The translations under genes and the position numbers were made by a program. Positions 20,171 to 31,962 of a DNA stretch of 64,000 nt are shown here, piece after piece. Under the pieces are notes generated by a model. The model was not told where the DNA came from. It searched no databases and saw nothing but the letters and a program-made list of their open reading frames with translations. Positions within the stretch are counted from its first letter, which is position 1, and each line of letters opens with the position of its first letter. This stretch comes from a virus (Duplodnaviria; Caudoviricetes): positions 1 to 64,000 of IMG/VR virus record IMGVR_UViG_3300028833_005986, one strand, 5' to 3'.

Positions 20171-23100
20171 TTAAAAATTAATAATTGCTGGTTCATAATT
20201 TAATTTTATCGGTTTTGAAATTTTCGTTCCTGATTCTAATTGCGCAGTATCAATTAATCTAATTCTCCCACGATTATCAAGATTAACATATTTATCTGCT
20301 ACAATTATCATTTTATGAACATATCCTGGATCTTTATTCGCAAATTGTACATAAGATGATCCTTTATTAATTCGAGATTTTATTCCTACAATAGTATTAT
20401 CTAGCATTTTATATCCAAATCCGCCATTAATCTGTTTAGTATATATAATTATTTTATAAGCCGCGTTATATTTAGTAATACTTACACTATTAACAATATC
20501 TTCGTTTTTTAATGAAATAGCCGGAATGCCTTTCTTATTTGCAGTTAATGATTCTTTAAATGATTGTTCATAAAACCGATTAATAATTCCCTTTTGCGAA
20601 ATTAATGTAATAATATTATCTTTATCACTATTAATTCGCTGCGCATGAATAATTTTATCTGAATTTTCAAAATTACTAAAAATTGGTGCTAATTTTTTAT
20701 TCCGAGCTTTAAAACCAGATTCATTAATTTTTAACATTAAACCATTTTGAGTAAAACATGTAATATATTGATTATTATTGTTTAAGATAAATATATATAT
20801 AATATTTTCTTTACTATTCCATGCTAATAAATCAGTAAATGTTAATTTTATATAATTATTATTTTCTAAAATAACTAAAAATAAATCATTAGTTTTACAT
20901 TGAATTATTTGCTTATATATTTCATTTTTTTCTTTTAATACACCTGAACGAAAATTACTATTATATATTTCTTGTGAAATAAGATATATATTATTTTTAT
21001 GAGTTAATATTAATAATGCATCTTGTACTTCAACTTTTTCTATTACTTCATTATTAATTAATTGCGTACGACGATTATCACCGAATCTTGTTTTTAAATC
21101 TTCTAATTGATTAATAATTTTTTGATCTACTAATGCTGGAGTATTTAATAATTGATTGGTATCAGCTATTTCTATAGTTAATTTTTTAATATTATTAAGA
21201 ATATCATTTTTATTTAATTTAGTTAATCGTCGTAATTTAAATTCTAAAATAGCTTCTGCTTGATTATCATCTAAATTAAAATAAGATTTTAATTGTTCTT
21301 TCGCATCTTTATCAGTTTCTGCTTGCTCAATTAATTTAATCGCCGTGGATAAAGAATTAACAATTATATTTATTCCATTTTGAATATGTAATTTATCATT
21401 TAATCTATTCAAAATAATTTTATTTTCTTTATTAATGCATTCTCTACGATGCTGTAAATAACAATTAAAATATTCTTTTAAAGAAAATACTTTCGGAGTA
21501 TTATCTAATATTGCTCTTATTATAAATGAACAATTTTTTATTAATTCAGTCTGATTAAATAATTCATTTATAGTCAGATCTATAATAGCATTTTTTGATA
21601 ATTCAATAATTATATTAGTATGTATAGTTGATAAATCTTTTATATTACTAACGCCAGGAATTTTTTTATCAATTAAACATAATTGTTGTAATTTTTCTAC
21701 TAATTTTTCTCTATTAACTTCTGGAGGCAATTCATTAATAATAATATTATTATTTTTTAACTCATATTTAGCCTTAAATGTTAATTTTCCTTGTCCAGTC
21801 TCATATAATTTTTTTATTTCGTTGTTATTAATTAATAATGAACCTGATGGAAAATCCGGACAAGGCATAATTTTCATTAATTCATCTAATGTAATATTAT
21901 TATTTTTTATATAAGCAATAATAGCATTACATAATTCATTTAAATTATGCGAGGGAATATTTGTAGAATATCCTACAGCAATGCCTTGGGTGCCATTAGC
22001 CAATAAATTAGGAAATATTCCAGGCAAAGTAATAGGTTCTTGTGTAATATCAGAATAATTAGATTTAAAATCAACAGCTTTATTATTAATTCCATCCATA
22101 TTAAATTCAGCTAATTTATTTAATTTTGCTTCGGTATTATGATTAATAAATCCATTAGCTGTAAATGAATGACATTCGCTATTTACTTTTATAGAATATA
22201 CGTGTTTTTCTTTAATTGATAATTTTTTATTAATAATTTTAGAATATACAAAATCTCTATTAGTAATTAAATCTTCATTATATAAATTAATTATTTCACG
22301 AAGTATATTTATTTTTTCGTCAGATATAAAATTAATATTTTTATAAAACCAATATAAATCTTGATATTGATTAATTTTTAATTTAAAGGTTTTCTTCTTC
22401 TTATTTGGTATTTCGTATACAGTTGATACAATTCCAAATTGTAATAATAATATTTGTATTTGTTGAAGAAAATATTTATATTTAGACGAATATAAAATAA
22501 AGCACTTTTTACCTTGTTTTGCATCATTAAAAATACTAACTTGTGCGTGATTTTCGAATAAATATAATAAGAATATTTTTTGAATATATTTTGACGATTT
22601 TAAAATAACAGACGGTATGGATATGTTATTAATAACATAATCATAATTTTCTCGTAAAAATTGATATAATATTTTACTATTAATAGTAATTTCATATAAA
22701 AATTGACGTTTTAACTTTCTAATTTTTACATTTAATTTGCTAGTAATATTTAAATCTATTATTAATCTTTGTAAATAATTAAATAAAAAATTATGTAAAT
22801 ATTGATTATAAGTTCGTATTTTACAATGCCAATATCCGCCATTAGGTAAATGTCTGATAGAAGAATTAGCTAAAAAAGTACCTATAAATTGAGCTTGTTC
22901 TTCATTAGCTATATCCCAATCTGCACTAATTTGATCTTGTTTACAATTGATTACTGCAATATCTCCTTCTTTAACTTCTTCTAATAATTTCCATTTATAT
23001 AAATTATTATCTAATACTAATATAGGATGATTATATGTACCTGATAATTCAAAACCATGTTCAGTATTTATAGTAAACACTGAATGCATATCTGAATCAA

Positions 23101-23632
23101 ACCATTTATTTGCTCTATTATGTTGATTAATTGATTCAACATATAATCCTCGATCTACATAATCTTGTAAATTTTGAATTGGAATTAAACCATAATTAGT
23201 ATTTACTAACGTACCTTCAACTACACAATAACGCATATGAGCAGCTGGATCTCCTACATCATTGCCAACATTTCCATGAAAAGAAATTAATGGATAACGA
23301 TTAGTCCAAGGCTGTGCCATAGCTACTAATGCTTGATATATTGAAGCATCACCATGGGGATGAAAATCACCCATTACATCACCGACATATTTAGCACATT
23401 TTATAAATGGACCATTATATAAATATTTTTTATTCCAACCAGTATATAAAATGCGTCGTTGAACAGGCTTCATACCATCATTGATTAATGGTAATGAACG
23501 ATCTTTTATTACTTCAATTGCATAATTTAACATTGCCAGTGATAATTCATCTGCTAAATCTACATCTTGTATATTTTCTTTTTTTAATAATTCATTTATA
23601 TTTATTTCTTTATGCTTCGATTTTTTACTCAT
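20171..23632 (-). CDS. gyrA: Type IIA topoisomerase subunit A (GyrA/ParC-like) with intein
   Basis: DGMKPVQRR, HPHGD, AHMRY|TEAK, GIAVG..TNIPSHN, PDFP motifs. Confidence 0.92.
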   Translation of the reverse strand: MSKKSKHKEININELLKKENIQDVDLADELSLAMLNYAIEVIKDRSLPLINDGMKPVQRRILYTGWNKKYLYNGPFIKCAKYVGDVMGDFHPHGDASIYQALVAMAQPWTNRYPLISFHGNVGNDVGDPAAHMRYCVVEGTLVNTNYGLIPIQNLQDYVDRGLYVESINQHNRANKWFDSDMHSVFTINTEHGFELSGTYNHPILVLDNNLYKWKLLEEVKEGDIAVINCKQDQISADWDIANEEQAQFIGTFLANSSIRHLPNGGYWHCKIRTYNQYLHNFLFNYLQRLIIDLNITSKLNVKIRKLKRQFLYEITINSKILYQFLRENYDYVINNISIPSVILKSSKYIQKIFLLYLFENHAQVSIFNDAKQGKKCFILYSSKYKYFLQQIQILLLQFGIVSTVYEIPNKKKKTFKLKINQYQDLYWFYKNINFISDEKINILREIINLYNEDLITNRDFVYSKIINKKLSIKEKHVYSIKVNSECHSFTANGFINHNTEAKLNKLAEFNMDGINNKAVDFKSNYSDITQEPITLPGIFPNLLANGTQGIAVGYSTNIPSHNLNELCNAIIAYIKNNNITLDELMKIMPCPDFPSGSLLINNNEIKKLYETGQGKLTFKAKYELKNNNIIINELPPEVNREKLVEKLQQLCLIDKKIPGVSNIKDLSTIHTNIIIELSKNAIIDLTINELFNQTELIKNCSFIIRAILDNTPKVFSLKEYFNCYLQHRRECINKENKIILNRLNDKLHIQNGINIIVNSLSTAIKLIEQAETDKDAKEQLKSYFNLDDNQAEAILEFKLRRLTKLNKNDILNNIKKLTIEIADTNQLLNTPALVDQKIINQLEDLKTRFGDNRRTQLINNEVIEKVEVQDALLILTHKNNIYLISQEIYNSNFRSGVLKEKNEIYKQIIQCKTNDLFLVILENNNYIKLTFTDLLAWNSKENIIYIFILNNNNQYITCFTQNGLMLKINESGFKARNKKLAPIFSNFENSDKIIHAQRINSDKDNIITLISQKGIINRFYEQSFKESLTANKKGIPAISLKNEDIVNSVSITKYNAAYKIIIYTKQINGGFGYKMLDNTIVGIKSRINKGSSYVQFANKDPGYVHKMIIVADKYVNLDNRGRIRLIDTAQLESGTKISKPIKLNYEPAIINF
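22136..23227 (-). mobile_element. Intein (364 aa) directly after the catalytic Tyr of GyrA; endonuclease motifs degenerate
   Basis: RY|CVVEGT...TYNHP...VYSIKV..FTANGFINHN|T. Confidence 0.92.
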
Positions 23633-23636
23633 ATTT

Positions 23637-23882
23637 TTAATCCTTTATAATTTGATAATATTTTGAATTTAATATATATGCTTTTTTATTTTTATCTGCT
23701 GCAGCAAAAATATCATTACGTAATGAATAAGCTTCTTTATTGGTAAAACAATAAAGATAAATATTTTCATTTATTAATTCAATAATCAATTGTGAATTAA
23801 TAACTCGAGTACCAATAGCATTATCAAAATTGCAAATTATTTGTTTATCTTTAGTCTTAACAATCATATTAATCACGCTCAT
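23637..23882 (-). CDS. Hypothetical protein
   Basis: ORF tightly packed upstream of gyrA. Confidence 0.6.
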   Translation of the reverse strand: MSVINMIVKTKDKQIICNFDNAIGTRVINSQLIIELINENIYLYCFTNKEAYSLRNDIFAAADKNKKAYILNSKYYQIIKD

Positions 23883-23883
23883 C

Positions 23884-24606
23884 TTATATATATCGTAAAA
23901 TTTCAGCTAAGCCTCTGGATATTTGTAAGTCTTTTAATATATATATATTATTCATAAAGACTTCAATAATATGATCTAAATCTGTAATACAATCTTGTAA
24001 TACATCATATTCACTAGATGAATATAATGTATCATATCTTAATAAATTATACTCATCTATATCTTTATATAATTTATTATATTGTAAATCTGTTCCTACA
24101 TTAATATTTCTTTTTCTACGCCAGTCAAAATGATCATATAAATTGTATTCAATTAAAGTATCTACAATATATAAAAATTCATTAATATGATTTTTAAAAT
24201 AATCATTTAATTCTTGTGCAATAATTGCTGGATTTTTACGTATAAATATGCGTAAATTTAATTCTTCTTCAATAATATTATTTAAATCAACTATATATTT
24301 TGCATTATTAGTAATAAAATATGGTATATCAGCTTGTTCTTCTGTTCCTATGAATAATACAATTATATCTTTTATATTGCATGAATTTAAATCATTTAAA
24401 GAATTCACAATTTTAATAATACTATTATAATAAGTAGTAGTAAATTCATTTACTGTTGAATATTTATTATATAACGCTAAATAATAATCCGTAAAATTAT
24501 AAATTTTACATTTTGTATCGATTGATTTATAAGCTTCTAATAAATCTTCATATTCATTAATAATAACAATTTGATTATTATCATTATACTTATATGTTTG
24601 ATACAT
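23884..24606 (-). CDS. Hypothetical protein
   Basis: ORF with GGAG RBS. Confidence 0.7.
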   Translation of the reverse strand: MYQTYKYNDNNQIVIINEYEDLLEAYKSIDTKCKIYNFTDYYLALYNKYSTVNEFTTTYYNSIIKIVNSLNDLNSCNIKDIIVLFIGTEEQADIPYFITNNAKYIVDLNNIIEEELNLRIFIRKNPAIIAQELNDYFKNHINEFLYIVDTLIEYNLYDHFDWRRKRNINVGTDLQYNKLYKDIDEYNLLRYDTLYSSSEYDVLQDCITDLDHIIEVFMNNIYILKDLQISRGLAEILRYI

Positions 24607-24786
24607 TAATATAAATCAACTCCATTTTATTAAAATTAACAATAAAAAATTATTTAAATATTTTTTATTCTTCAAAAAAATATATACTAATAATTGATAT
24701 TAATAATAAGAAGTAAAAAGATAAAAAAAAATAATTAGATTTAAAAAGCCTAATTATTTCTAAATAATAATTTATCTTAAAGTAAA

Positions 24787-25704
24787 TTATTTTTTTGTAG
24801 GATCATTATTATCTTTATTATTTTTCTTATTATTTGTATTATTATTTTTCTTTTTAGCTAATACTTCATTTAATTTATTCTGAAAATCTATATATAATTT
24901 ACTTTTTTTCTCAGCATTTACATTTTTAGATTTTTTTGCTTTATTTTTTAATATATCTTTAAAATCTATTATATTTTTATCTTCTTGAAAGTCTTCATTA
25001 GTTTGTGACTGAACTACATTTACCATTTGAGGCATTCTAATTGCAATTCCATTATTAGTAATTCCAGTAGTTAAAGATTCTAATTCTTGAGAAAAATCGA
25101 TATTTACACCAGCAGATTTATAAGCATCTAGAATTTGATGTATTACTGCCTTTAATCCATTAATATAACCATTATTATCAATAACGCCTTTAGATAATAA
25201 TTCAATTGTTAATACAGTAATAATTGCAGTATTCATTATACGTTCTTTAGTAAGCATTTCATTAAATGTATCAAACATATATCTAGTATTATATAAAGCT
25301 TGAAATAAAAGATTTTGGTCGTTAGATAATTCTTGTAAATGTTGATCAGCATGATGAAGCCAGTTTTCTATATTAATAGAGTCTTTAATTAAATCTTTAT
25401 TATCACGCTGTAATTGATCTATATTTTGTATCATATCTGCTTGATGTTGCTTTAATTGATCTATATCTTGTACCATATTGATATTTTGTACTTCTTGATT
25501 AACATAAGCTTGATTAACTTTATTACCGAATAAAATAAATTTTTGTAACTCATAGTTTTTAATATAATCTATATCACATATTATATTTTTTATTTGTTCT
25601 TTAATTTGATCGTCTTGTATTTGATTATTAAATAATATATTATCAATTTGCATTTTGAGATTTTGTAATTGCTCTTTTAATAAAGACAAATCATTATCTG
25701 ACAT
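24787..25704 (-). CDS. Coiled-coil hypothetical protein
   Basis: Heptad-like Q/L/I pattern; basic tail. Confidence 0.7.
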   Translation of the reverse strand: MSDNDLSLLKEQLQNLKMQIDNILFNNQIQDDQIKEQIKNIICDIDYIKNYELQKFILFGNKVNQAYVNQEVQNINMVQDIDQLKQHQADMIQNIDQLQRDNKDLIKDSINIENWLHHADQHLQELSNDQNLLFQALYNTRYMFDTFNEMLTKERIMNTAIITVLTIELLSKGVIDNNGYINGLKAVIHQILDAYKSAGVNIDFSQELESLTTGITNNGIAIRMPQMVNVVQSQTNEDFQEDKNIIDFKDILKNKAKKSKNVNAEKKSKLYIDFQNKLNEVLAKKKNNNTNNKKNNKDNNDPTKK

Positions 25705-25844
25705 ATATAAGTTTCACTTCTTCCTTTTTATTATTTAAAAAATTTTATATTAGCTTTAAAAAGACATATATAGAAAATAAAAAATATCCTTATTAAATAT
25801 TATATAATTTAATAAGGATATTTTAATTTTTTATTTAGATATTA

Positions 25845-28537
25845 TTAGATATTATTAATTAAATATGCGTTATCTTCAATAAATTTTTTACGTAATACTG
25901 TATCAGTTCCCATACAAATTTTTAATGTTTCTTCAGCTTTAAGTGCATCATTAATTGTTATACGTTTTAAAATGCGTTTTGCAGGGTCTAAAATCGTTTC
26001 TTTTATTTCGTCAACCGACATTTCACCAATCATATATTATATACTGACTATCTCTTCACTATTAATAATAATAGGTTAACTTTTTCAAAAAGCGTACTAA
26101 TAACTTTCTTACTTATAATTAGTCGATACAGATTTGATTCCAATTTATACCATACCAAATATTACTAAAATATTTTTAAATTGTCCAATATTATATTACT
26201 TAGTAATATTATTAGTAATTTTATAAATTCCACATTTCATTTTTAAATACTTCGCCTTAGGAATAATATAAAATTATGTATAAATTATAATCACTTTCCA
26301 CGGGATTAATATTATCATCTTCCCCGTTAGCATATATTATATTTTTTATATTTAATATATACCCTAATAGTAAATTAGAAAAATTAATACAGGCTGGTTT
26401 CTGTCAACCTTTGAAGCGCTGTAGTTCAAAATTTAATGTAAAATTTTTATTTTTCCATTGCTGTAAAGCATTATCATCTCTTAAATATATACTTTGATTT
26501 TTATTATAAATTGCTCTATATAATGGCGGAATCGCAGCATATAAATGTCCTCGATTTATTATATCACGCATATATTTATGTAATAGAACAATTAATAATG
26601 CTTTTATATGCAGGCCATCCGAATAATTATTATATTTATTATAATAAATATATTCATATTATAATATGAATTTAGATTATATCTTTTTTATATAAAAATT
26701 AATATATAATCGTTGAATTTATTTTATATTATAATATATAAAAATTACTAATTTAATTTATATAGAAATTATTCTTAGTAATTAAATAATTTTTTAATGT
26801 CAATAATCAACATCTGCGTCAGTTAAAATTATAATTTTATCATATCGTAATTTAGCAACATCAAAATTTTTTCCAAATCCTGTACCAAATGACTGAATAA
26901 TACGTTGAATAGAAGGCGAATTAACAATTTGTTCTAATGAAGCTTTTTCAACGTTTAAAACTTTACCTCTTAATGGTAATACAGCTTGAAATTCTGTACT
27001 TATTCTTCCTGCAACAGTTGATCCAGCTGCTGAATTCAATTTTATATTATATACTAATTTTTAGTATATTCTTAATTTTTGTATTAAGTTAAGATTATGT
27101 CTTTATTCTATATTTTTTTTATAATCGTTAAATTATTTTTCATAATTAAATTTTATTACATAAAAATTATTATGAAAATAAATTATAAGTATATATAATT
27201 TTATATATTTCTTATAATTAAAAAATTATAGGCAATTATTTACCTTCTACAATGAAAATTTCTGAATATTGATTAGTACCTGCATTAATACAATCAGATA
27301 ATTGTGCTGGTAATAATGATTTTTTAGTTACTTTATTACTAATTCTTTTTTCAATTCGAGCTTTTCTTGCAGCTTCATCCGCGTCTTTTAATTGAATTAC
27401 ATAATTTATAATATTTAAAATTAATTGTTTAAATTCGTTATTTTTTAATTGCTTTTTAAAATATTCATTTAATACATTTTCTATTACAGGTATTATTTCT
27501 ACAGAATTTAATTTAATTTTTGTCTGGCCTTCAAATGAAGGATTAGTCATTTTTATATTAATAATTAAATACATATTATCTAAATAATATTTTTGATCTA
27601 TCGGTGTTTTAAATAATTTATTTTTTATTCCAAAATTATTTAAAATTTCTACTAAACTTTTAATAGTAGTATTAACATGAGTTCCACCTGTATATGTATT
27701 TATATTATTACAAAATGATTTAATAAATGATAATGATTCCAATTCTTTATTTATTAAAAATATAATTTCTACATTATTACCATTAATATATATTGGTTCT
27801 TCAAATAATAATTTTTTATCTTTAACTAATTGCTTTATATAAGAATTTAATCCATCAGCATAACAAAATTGTTCTTTACTATTATTTAATTCATTAATAA
27901 AATTAATTGTTAATCCTGAATTTAAAGCTGCTAATTCTTGTAATCTATTTTTTATTTCATTACTAGGAAATATAGTTTGTTTAAATATAGACTTATCCGG
28001 TTTATAATAAATTTCTGTTCCAGTTATTTTATTATTATTTTCGTCTAATTCAGTTTGACCAATAACTTCTACATCTGTAATGGGAATACCTTTTTCAAAC
28101 TTTTGCTGATATATATTACCATCTCGATGTACTGTTACAATAAAAAAATCACTTAAAAAATTAACAGCAGATGATCCTACACCAAATTGACCAGAACTAA
28201 ATTTATATTGATCATTATTATATTTCCCACCTGCCATAAGTCGATTAAATGCTAGAGTCAAACTATTTATATCATTACCATCAGCGTCTTTAGTCATAGA
28301 ACATGGTACTCCTCGACCATAATCTCTAACTCGTACTGATCCATTTTTATATATATGTATATTTATAATATTACCATATCCAGCTAAAAATTCATCAATG
28401 GAATTATCAACTATTTCATATAATAATTGATTAATACCATGTTCATTAGTAGACGCAATATACATTGACGGTCGTAATCGAACATGCTCTCTATCCGTTA
28501 AAGCTTTTATAGATTCTGCATTATATTCATTGTTCAT
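25845..28537 (-). CDS. gyrB: Type IIA topoisomerase subunit B (GyrB/ParE-like); 4 exons (28537-27242, 27036-26809, 26619-26407, 26030-25845), 640 aa
   Basis: Splicing restores VEG|NSAAGS, PLRGK, TDADV|DGLHI and QRFKG|IGEM. Exon 3 is missing from the ORF track. Exon sum 1923 nt. Confidence 0.93.
26031..26406 (-). mobile_element. Group I intron gyrB-I3 (376 nt)
   Basis: P1 AGGUUG/CAGCCU; UGCUAACGGGGAA..CCCGUGGAAAG; GUAUCGACUA/GAGAUAGUC; terminal G. Confidence 0.9.
26620..26808 (-). mobile_element. Miniature group I intron gyrB-I2 (189 nt)
   Basis: P1 AUGUU/GACAU; UUCAACGAUUA...AAGAUAUAAUCU; ends AUUCG. Confidence 0.88.
27037..27241 (-). mobile_element. Miniature group I intron gyrB-I1 (205 nt)
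   Basis: P1 AGGU/GCCU; UUUAACGAUUA...AAGACAUAAUCU; ends AUUG. Confidence 0.88.
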
Positions 28538-28605
28538 TTAAGCTATTCCTTTCTTCAAAAAAATTTTTAAGAACTTTTAAAAAATTTTTATTTATAAATT
28601 AATAT

Positions 28606-29958
28606 TCAACTCCATATATATTTACCACACTTCTGTATCAACTCCACCTTCCTATACATAGGCCTTATTTCTCTACGCTTCTCTATCTTATCTCCTTTAC
28701 TCTTCCTCGGTATTCTTACCCATCTTTCCTGCCGCATTTTTAATGCTAATGGACCATCTTCCATCCTACCGTCTATATACCAATATCTATTCAGATATCT
28801 AACTATATCATAGCGCCTATATCTATTCTTCTCATAACTCTGTATATTTCTCTTCTTCACATTACCTTTTAAAATTTTATCTTTATATATCTTCCTATTA
28901 TGATTTCTTACTTTCTTCATATAATATACCTGAACATCATGTCTACTACGCTTATAGCAGTTATCTGCTATTATTCTCGCATCTATATGATGGTCTTTTT
29001 CTAGTCCTAATTGTATACGTTTCATTTTAGTTTCATATCCATATGTTTTCTCTATTTTCAGCTTTGCTGATACGCCTTCAGCGTCCGAGCGTGCTCGGAA
29101 ACCTACTTCATATCCTAATTTTTTTAATTCATTATATATTCTATCTTTCAAGATATTTAATTTTGTATCTTCTTTATATTCTTTTATTTTAAATGTTACT
29201 GTCTTATTTTTCTTTAAATATTCATGTACTTGTTTATGACAATGCTCACATAAAGTAACTAAATTATTAGGTACGTTAGTACCTCCTTGACTTCTAGGTT
29301 TTATGTGATGTACTTGTAATTGTATATTCTTTTTCTTTAAATCTTCTATATGTTTATTACATTTTTGACAAGTATAATTATCTCTTTTTCTTACATATAA
29401 TTTTATATTTTCTTCTTGATATAAATTACCTTGTTGATACTGTATACCTTGTATATTAGGATCTTTTAATTTTTGAATATCAAAAATATTATATTCATAT
29501 CTTACTTTATCTATATTTACATATTTATTAAAAAATTTAACAATATTAATATAAGTTAATAAACTAGCTTGTATAGATGGTGGAATCCATCCATCAACTT
29601 GCTTATTATATATTTTTCTTCTATTTTGCCACCTAGATGGTCTATATCTTAATCTATTTCTTCTTGTTCTGCGTGCACTTCTTCTAGCTTCTAGCAATTT
29701 AGGTATATCTGTTCTTTGTTCTAATTGTGCTTCTAAAAGCACACGTTGTTTAGTAGTAATAGAAATACCTATTGTTTTACCAGGATCTATGCCAATAGTA
29801 ACATCTTGAAATTTAGGATTATCAATTTGATAATTAAGTTTAATAGTGAAAGGAAAAGTTTTAACTATTTTTGCTTTTTTCTTTTTTAAGAGAATTCTAG
29901 CTTTAGCTGGGTGACAAGGCATAAGCCTTGTACCGTCTTTATTAAAAACCAAGACCAT
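28606..29958 (-). CDS. iscB: IscB RNA-guided nuclease (OMEGA), copy 1
   Basis: PLMP-like N-terminus (RLMPC), RuvC-I IGIDPG, Arg-rich bridge helix, HNH (HHIKPRSQGGTN..LC..CH), RuvC-III HHIDA. Confidence 0.92.
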   Translation of the reverse strand: MVLVFNKDGTRLMPCHPAKARILLKKKKAKIVKTFPFTIKLNYQIDNPKFQDVTIGIDPGKTIGISITTKQRVLLEAQLEQRTDIPKLLEARRSARRTRRNRLRYRPSRWQNRRKIYNKQVDGWIPPSIQASLLTYINIVKFFNKYVNIDKVRYEYNIFDIQKLKDPNIQGIQYQQGNLYQEENIKLYVRKRDNYTCQKCNKHIEDLKKKNIQLQVHHIKPRSQGGTNVPNNLVTLCEHCHKQVHEYLKKNKTVTFKIKEYKEDTKLNILKDRIYNELKKLGYEVGFRARSDAEGVSAKLKIEKTYGYETKMKRIQLGLEKDHHIDARIIADNCYKRSRHDVQVYYMKKVRNHNRKIYKDKILKGNVKKRNIQSYEKNRYRRYDIVRYLNRYWYIDGRMEDGPLALKMRQERWVRIPRKSKGDKIEKRREIRPMYRKVELIQKCGKYIWS

Positions 29959-29959
29959 T

Positions 29960-30300
29960 TAATATATACCTTCCTTTGTGAAAAGGATTTATAATCATAA
30001 TACTTATTTATATTAATTTAATACTTATATGAAATATTCATATTAAATTGCCATAAATAGTAAATAAACTCCCACGCTAAAGTTATCTCATGTTTTAATA
30101 TACCTTGTTAAGGGCATATATGACTATAACACTATTACTTTATATATTAAGAGATACTCAAGTAGGAATATATAAAATAACTGTTTAATTATAATCCGTA
30201 GTGTTTTAAGCTGGAAGAACACTTAAAAGTACCTATGATATAATGAGATAACGTAGTCTACAGGGTAGACTTAAGCTGGTAGGTTAATTGAGTATTAGCC
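29960..30300 (-). ncRNA. omega-RNA (HEARO-like) of IscB copy 1
   Basis: Non-coding region conserved in front of both iscB copies, with typical elements CCAGCUUAAG, CUACGUU, AUAGGUAC, CCAGC, CUACGG. Confidence 0.82.
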
Positions 30301-30614
30301 TATAAATTATGTAATAATTGATATGCTGAAACGCAATCTTTTATGTAATCATTTATTTCTTGACTATTAGATATATATTCTTCAGCTCCAATATGAACAG
30401 AAATATCACTTTCACTATAAAAACAAGGATATGCAAAAATATATATAAATAAATGACTTTTATTAATATATAACTGATGTATACGGTATAACTCATTTCG
30501 TATTTCTTCACGCAATTCTTTATTAATTATACAATTATAATAATGTGATAATATTGAATCAATATCATTAATATATTTATTAATTAATTCCTTATCTTTT
30601 TCCGTTATATACAT
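30300..30614 (-). CDS. Hypothetical protein between the IscB loci
   Basis: ORF with GAAAGG RBS. Confidence 0.65.
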   Translation of the reverse strand: MYITEKDKELINKYINDIDSILSHYYNCIINKELREEIRNELYRIHQLYINKSHLFIYIFAYPCFYSESDISVHIGAEEYISNSQEINDYIKDCVSAYQLLHNL

Positions 30615-30659
30615 GCTTTTTTCCTTTCATAATGCATATAATAATTTATATATTAATAC

Positions 30660-31961
30660 TCAATTCCATATATATTTTCCACATCTCTGTATCAACTTCA
30701 CCTTACTATACATAGGCCTTATTTCTCTACGTAATTCTATCTTATCTCCTTTACGCTTACTCGGTATTCTTATCCATCTTTCCTGTCGCATTTTTAATGC
30801 TAATGGGCCGCTTTCTGCCCTACCATTCACATACCAGTATCTATTCAGATATCTCACTATATCATAGCGCCTATATCCATTCTTCTCATAACTCTGTATA
30901 TTCCTCTTCTTCACATTGTCTTTTAAAATTTTATCTTTATATATCTTTCTATTATGATTTCGCACTTTCTTCATATAATATACTTGACTATCATGCTTAC
31001 TTCGCTTATAGCAGTTATCTGCTATTATTCTTGCATCTATATGATGGTCTTTTTCTAATTCCAACTGTACTCTTTTTATTTTAGTTTCATATCCATATGT
31101 CTTCTCTACGTCATATCCTAATTTTATTAGTTCCTTATATATTCTATCCTTAAGTATATTTAATTTTGTATCTTCTTTATATTCTCTTATATTAAATCTT
31201 ACTGTCTTATTTTTCTTTAAGTATTCATGTACTTGTTTATGACAATGTTCACATAAAGTAACCAAATTTTCTGGTACATTAGTACCTCCTTGGCTTCTAG
31301 GCTTTATGTGATGTACTTGTAATTTTATATTATTCTTTTTTAAATCTTCTAAAGATTTTTTACATCTTTGACAAGTATACTTATCTCTTTTTCTTGCATA
31401 AGATTTTGCATTTTCTTCTTGATATAAATCACCTTGTTGATACTGTATACCTTGTATATTAGGATCTTTTAATTTTTGAATATCAAACTTATTATATTCA
31501 TATTTCATTTTATCTATATTAATATATTTATTAAAAAATTTAACAATATTAATATAAGTTAATAAGCTAGCTTGTATAGATGATGGTATCCACCCATCAA
31601 CTTGTTTATTATATATTTTTCTTTTATTTTGCCACCTAGATGGTCTATATCTCAATCTATTTCTTCTTGTTCTACGTGCACTTCTTCTAGCTTCTAGTAA
31701 TTTAGGTATATCAGTCCTTTGCTCTAATTGAGCCTCAAAGAGGACGCGTTGTTTAGTAGTAATAGAAATACCTATTGTTTTGCCAGGATCTACGCCTATA
31801 GTAGCGTCTTGAAGTTTAGGATTATCAATTTGGTAATTAAGTTTAATAGTAAAAGGAAAAGTTTTAATGATTTTAGCTTTTTTCTTTTTTAATAATATTC
31901 TAGCTTTAGCAGGATGAGTAGGCATTAATGCCTTACCATCTTTATTAAAAACGAAAACCAT
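30660..31961 (-). CDS. iscB: IscB RNA-guided nuclease (OMEGA), copy 2
   Basis: Close paralogue of copy 1 with the same motifs; start moved to MVFVF at 31961 (AAAGGAG RBS, alignment to copy 1). Confidence 0.92.
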   Translation of the reverse strand: MVFVFNKDGKALMPTHPAKARILLKKKKAKIIKTFPFTIKLNYQIDNPKLQDATIGVDPGKTIGISITTKQRVLFEAQLEQRTDIPKLLEARRSARRTRRNRLRYRPSRWQNKRKIYNKQVDGWIPSSIQASLLTYINIVKFFNKYINIDKMKYEYNKFDIQKLKDPNIQGIQYQQGDLYQEENAKSYARKRDKYTCQRCKKSLEDLKKNNIKLQVHHIKPRSQGGTNVPENLVTLCEHCHKQVHEYLKKNKTVRFNIREYKEDTKLNILKDRIYKELIKLGYDVEKTYGYETKIKRVQLELEKDHHIDARIIADNCYKRSKHDSQVYYMKKVRNHNRKIYKDKILKDNVKKRNIQSYEKNGYRRYDIVRYLNRYWYVNGRAESGPLALKMRQERWIRIPSKRKGDKIELRREIRPMYSKVKLIQRCGKYIWN

Positions 31962-31962
31962 C

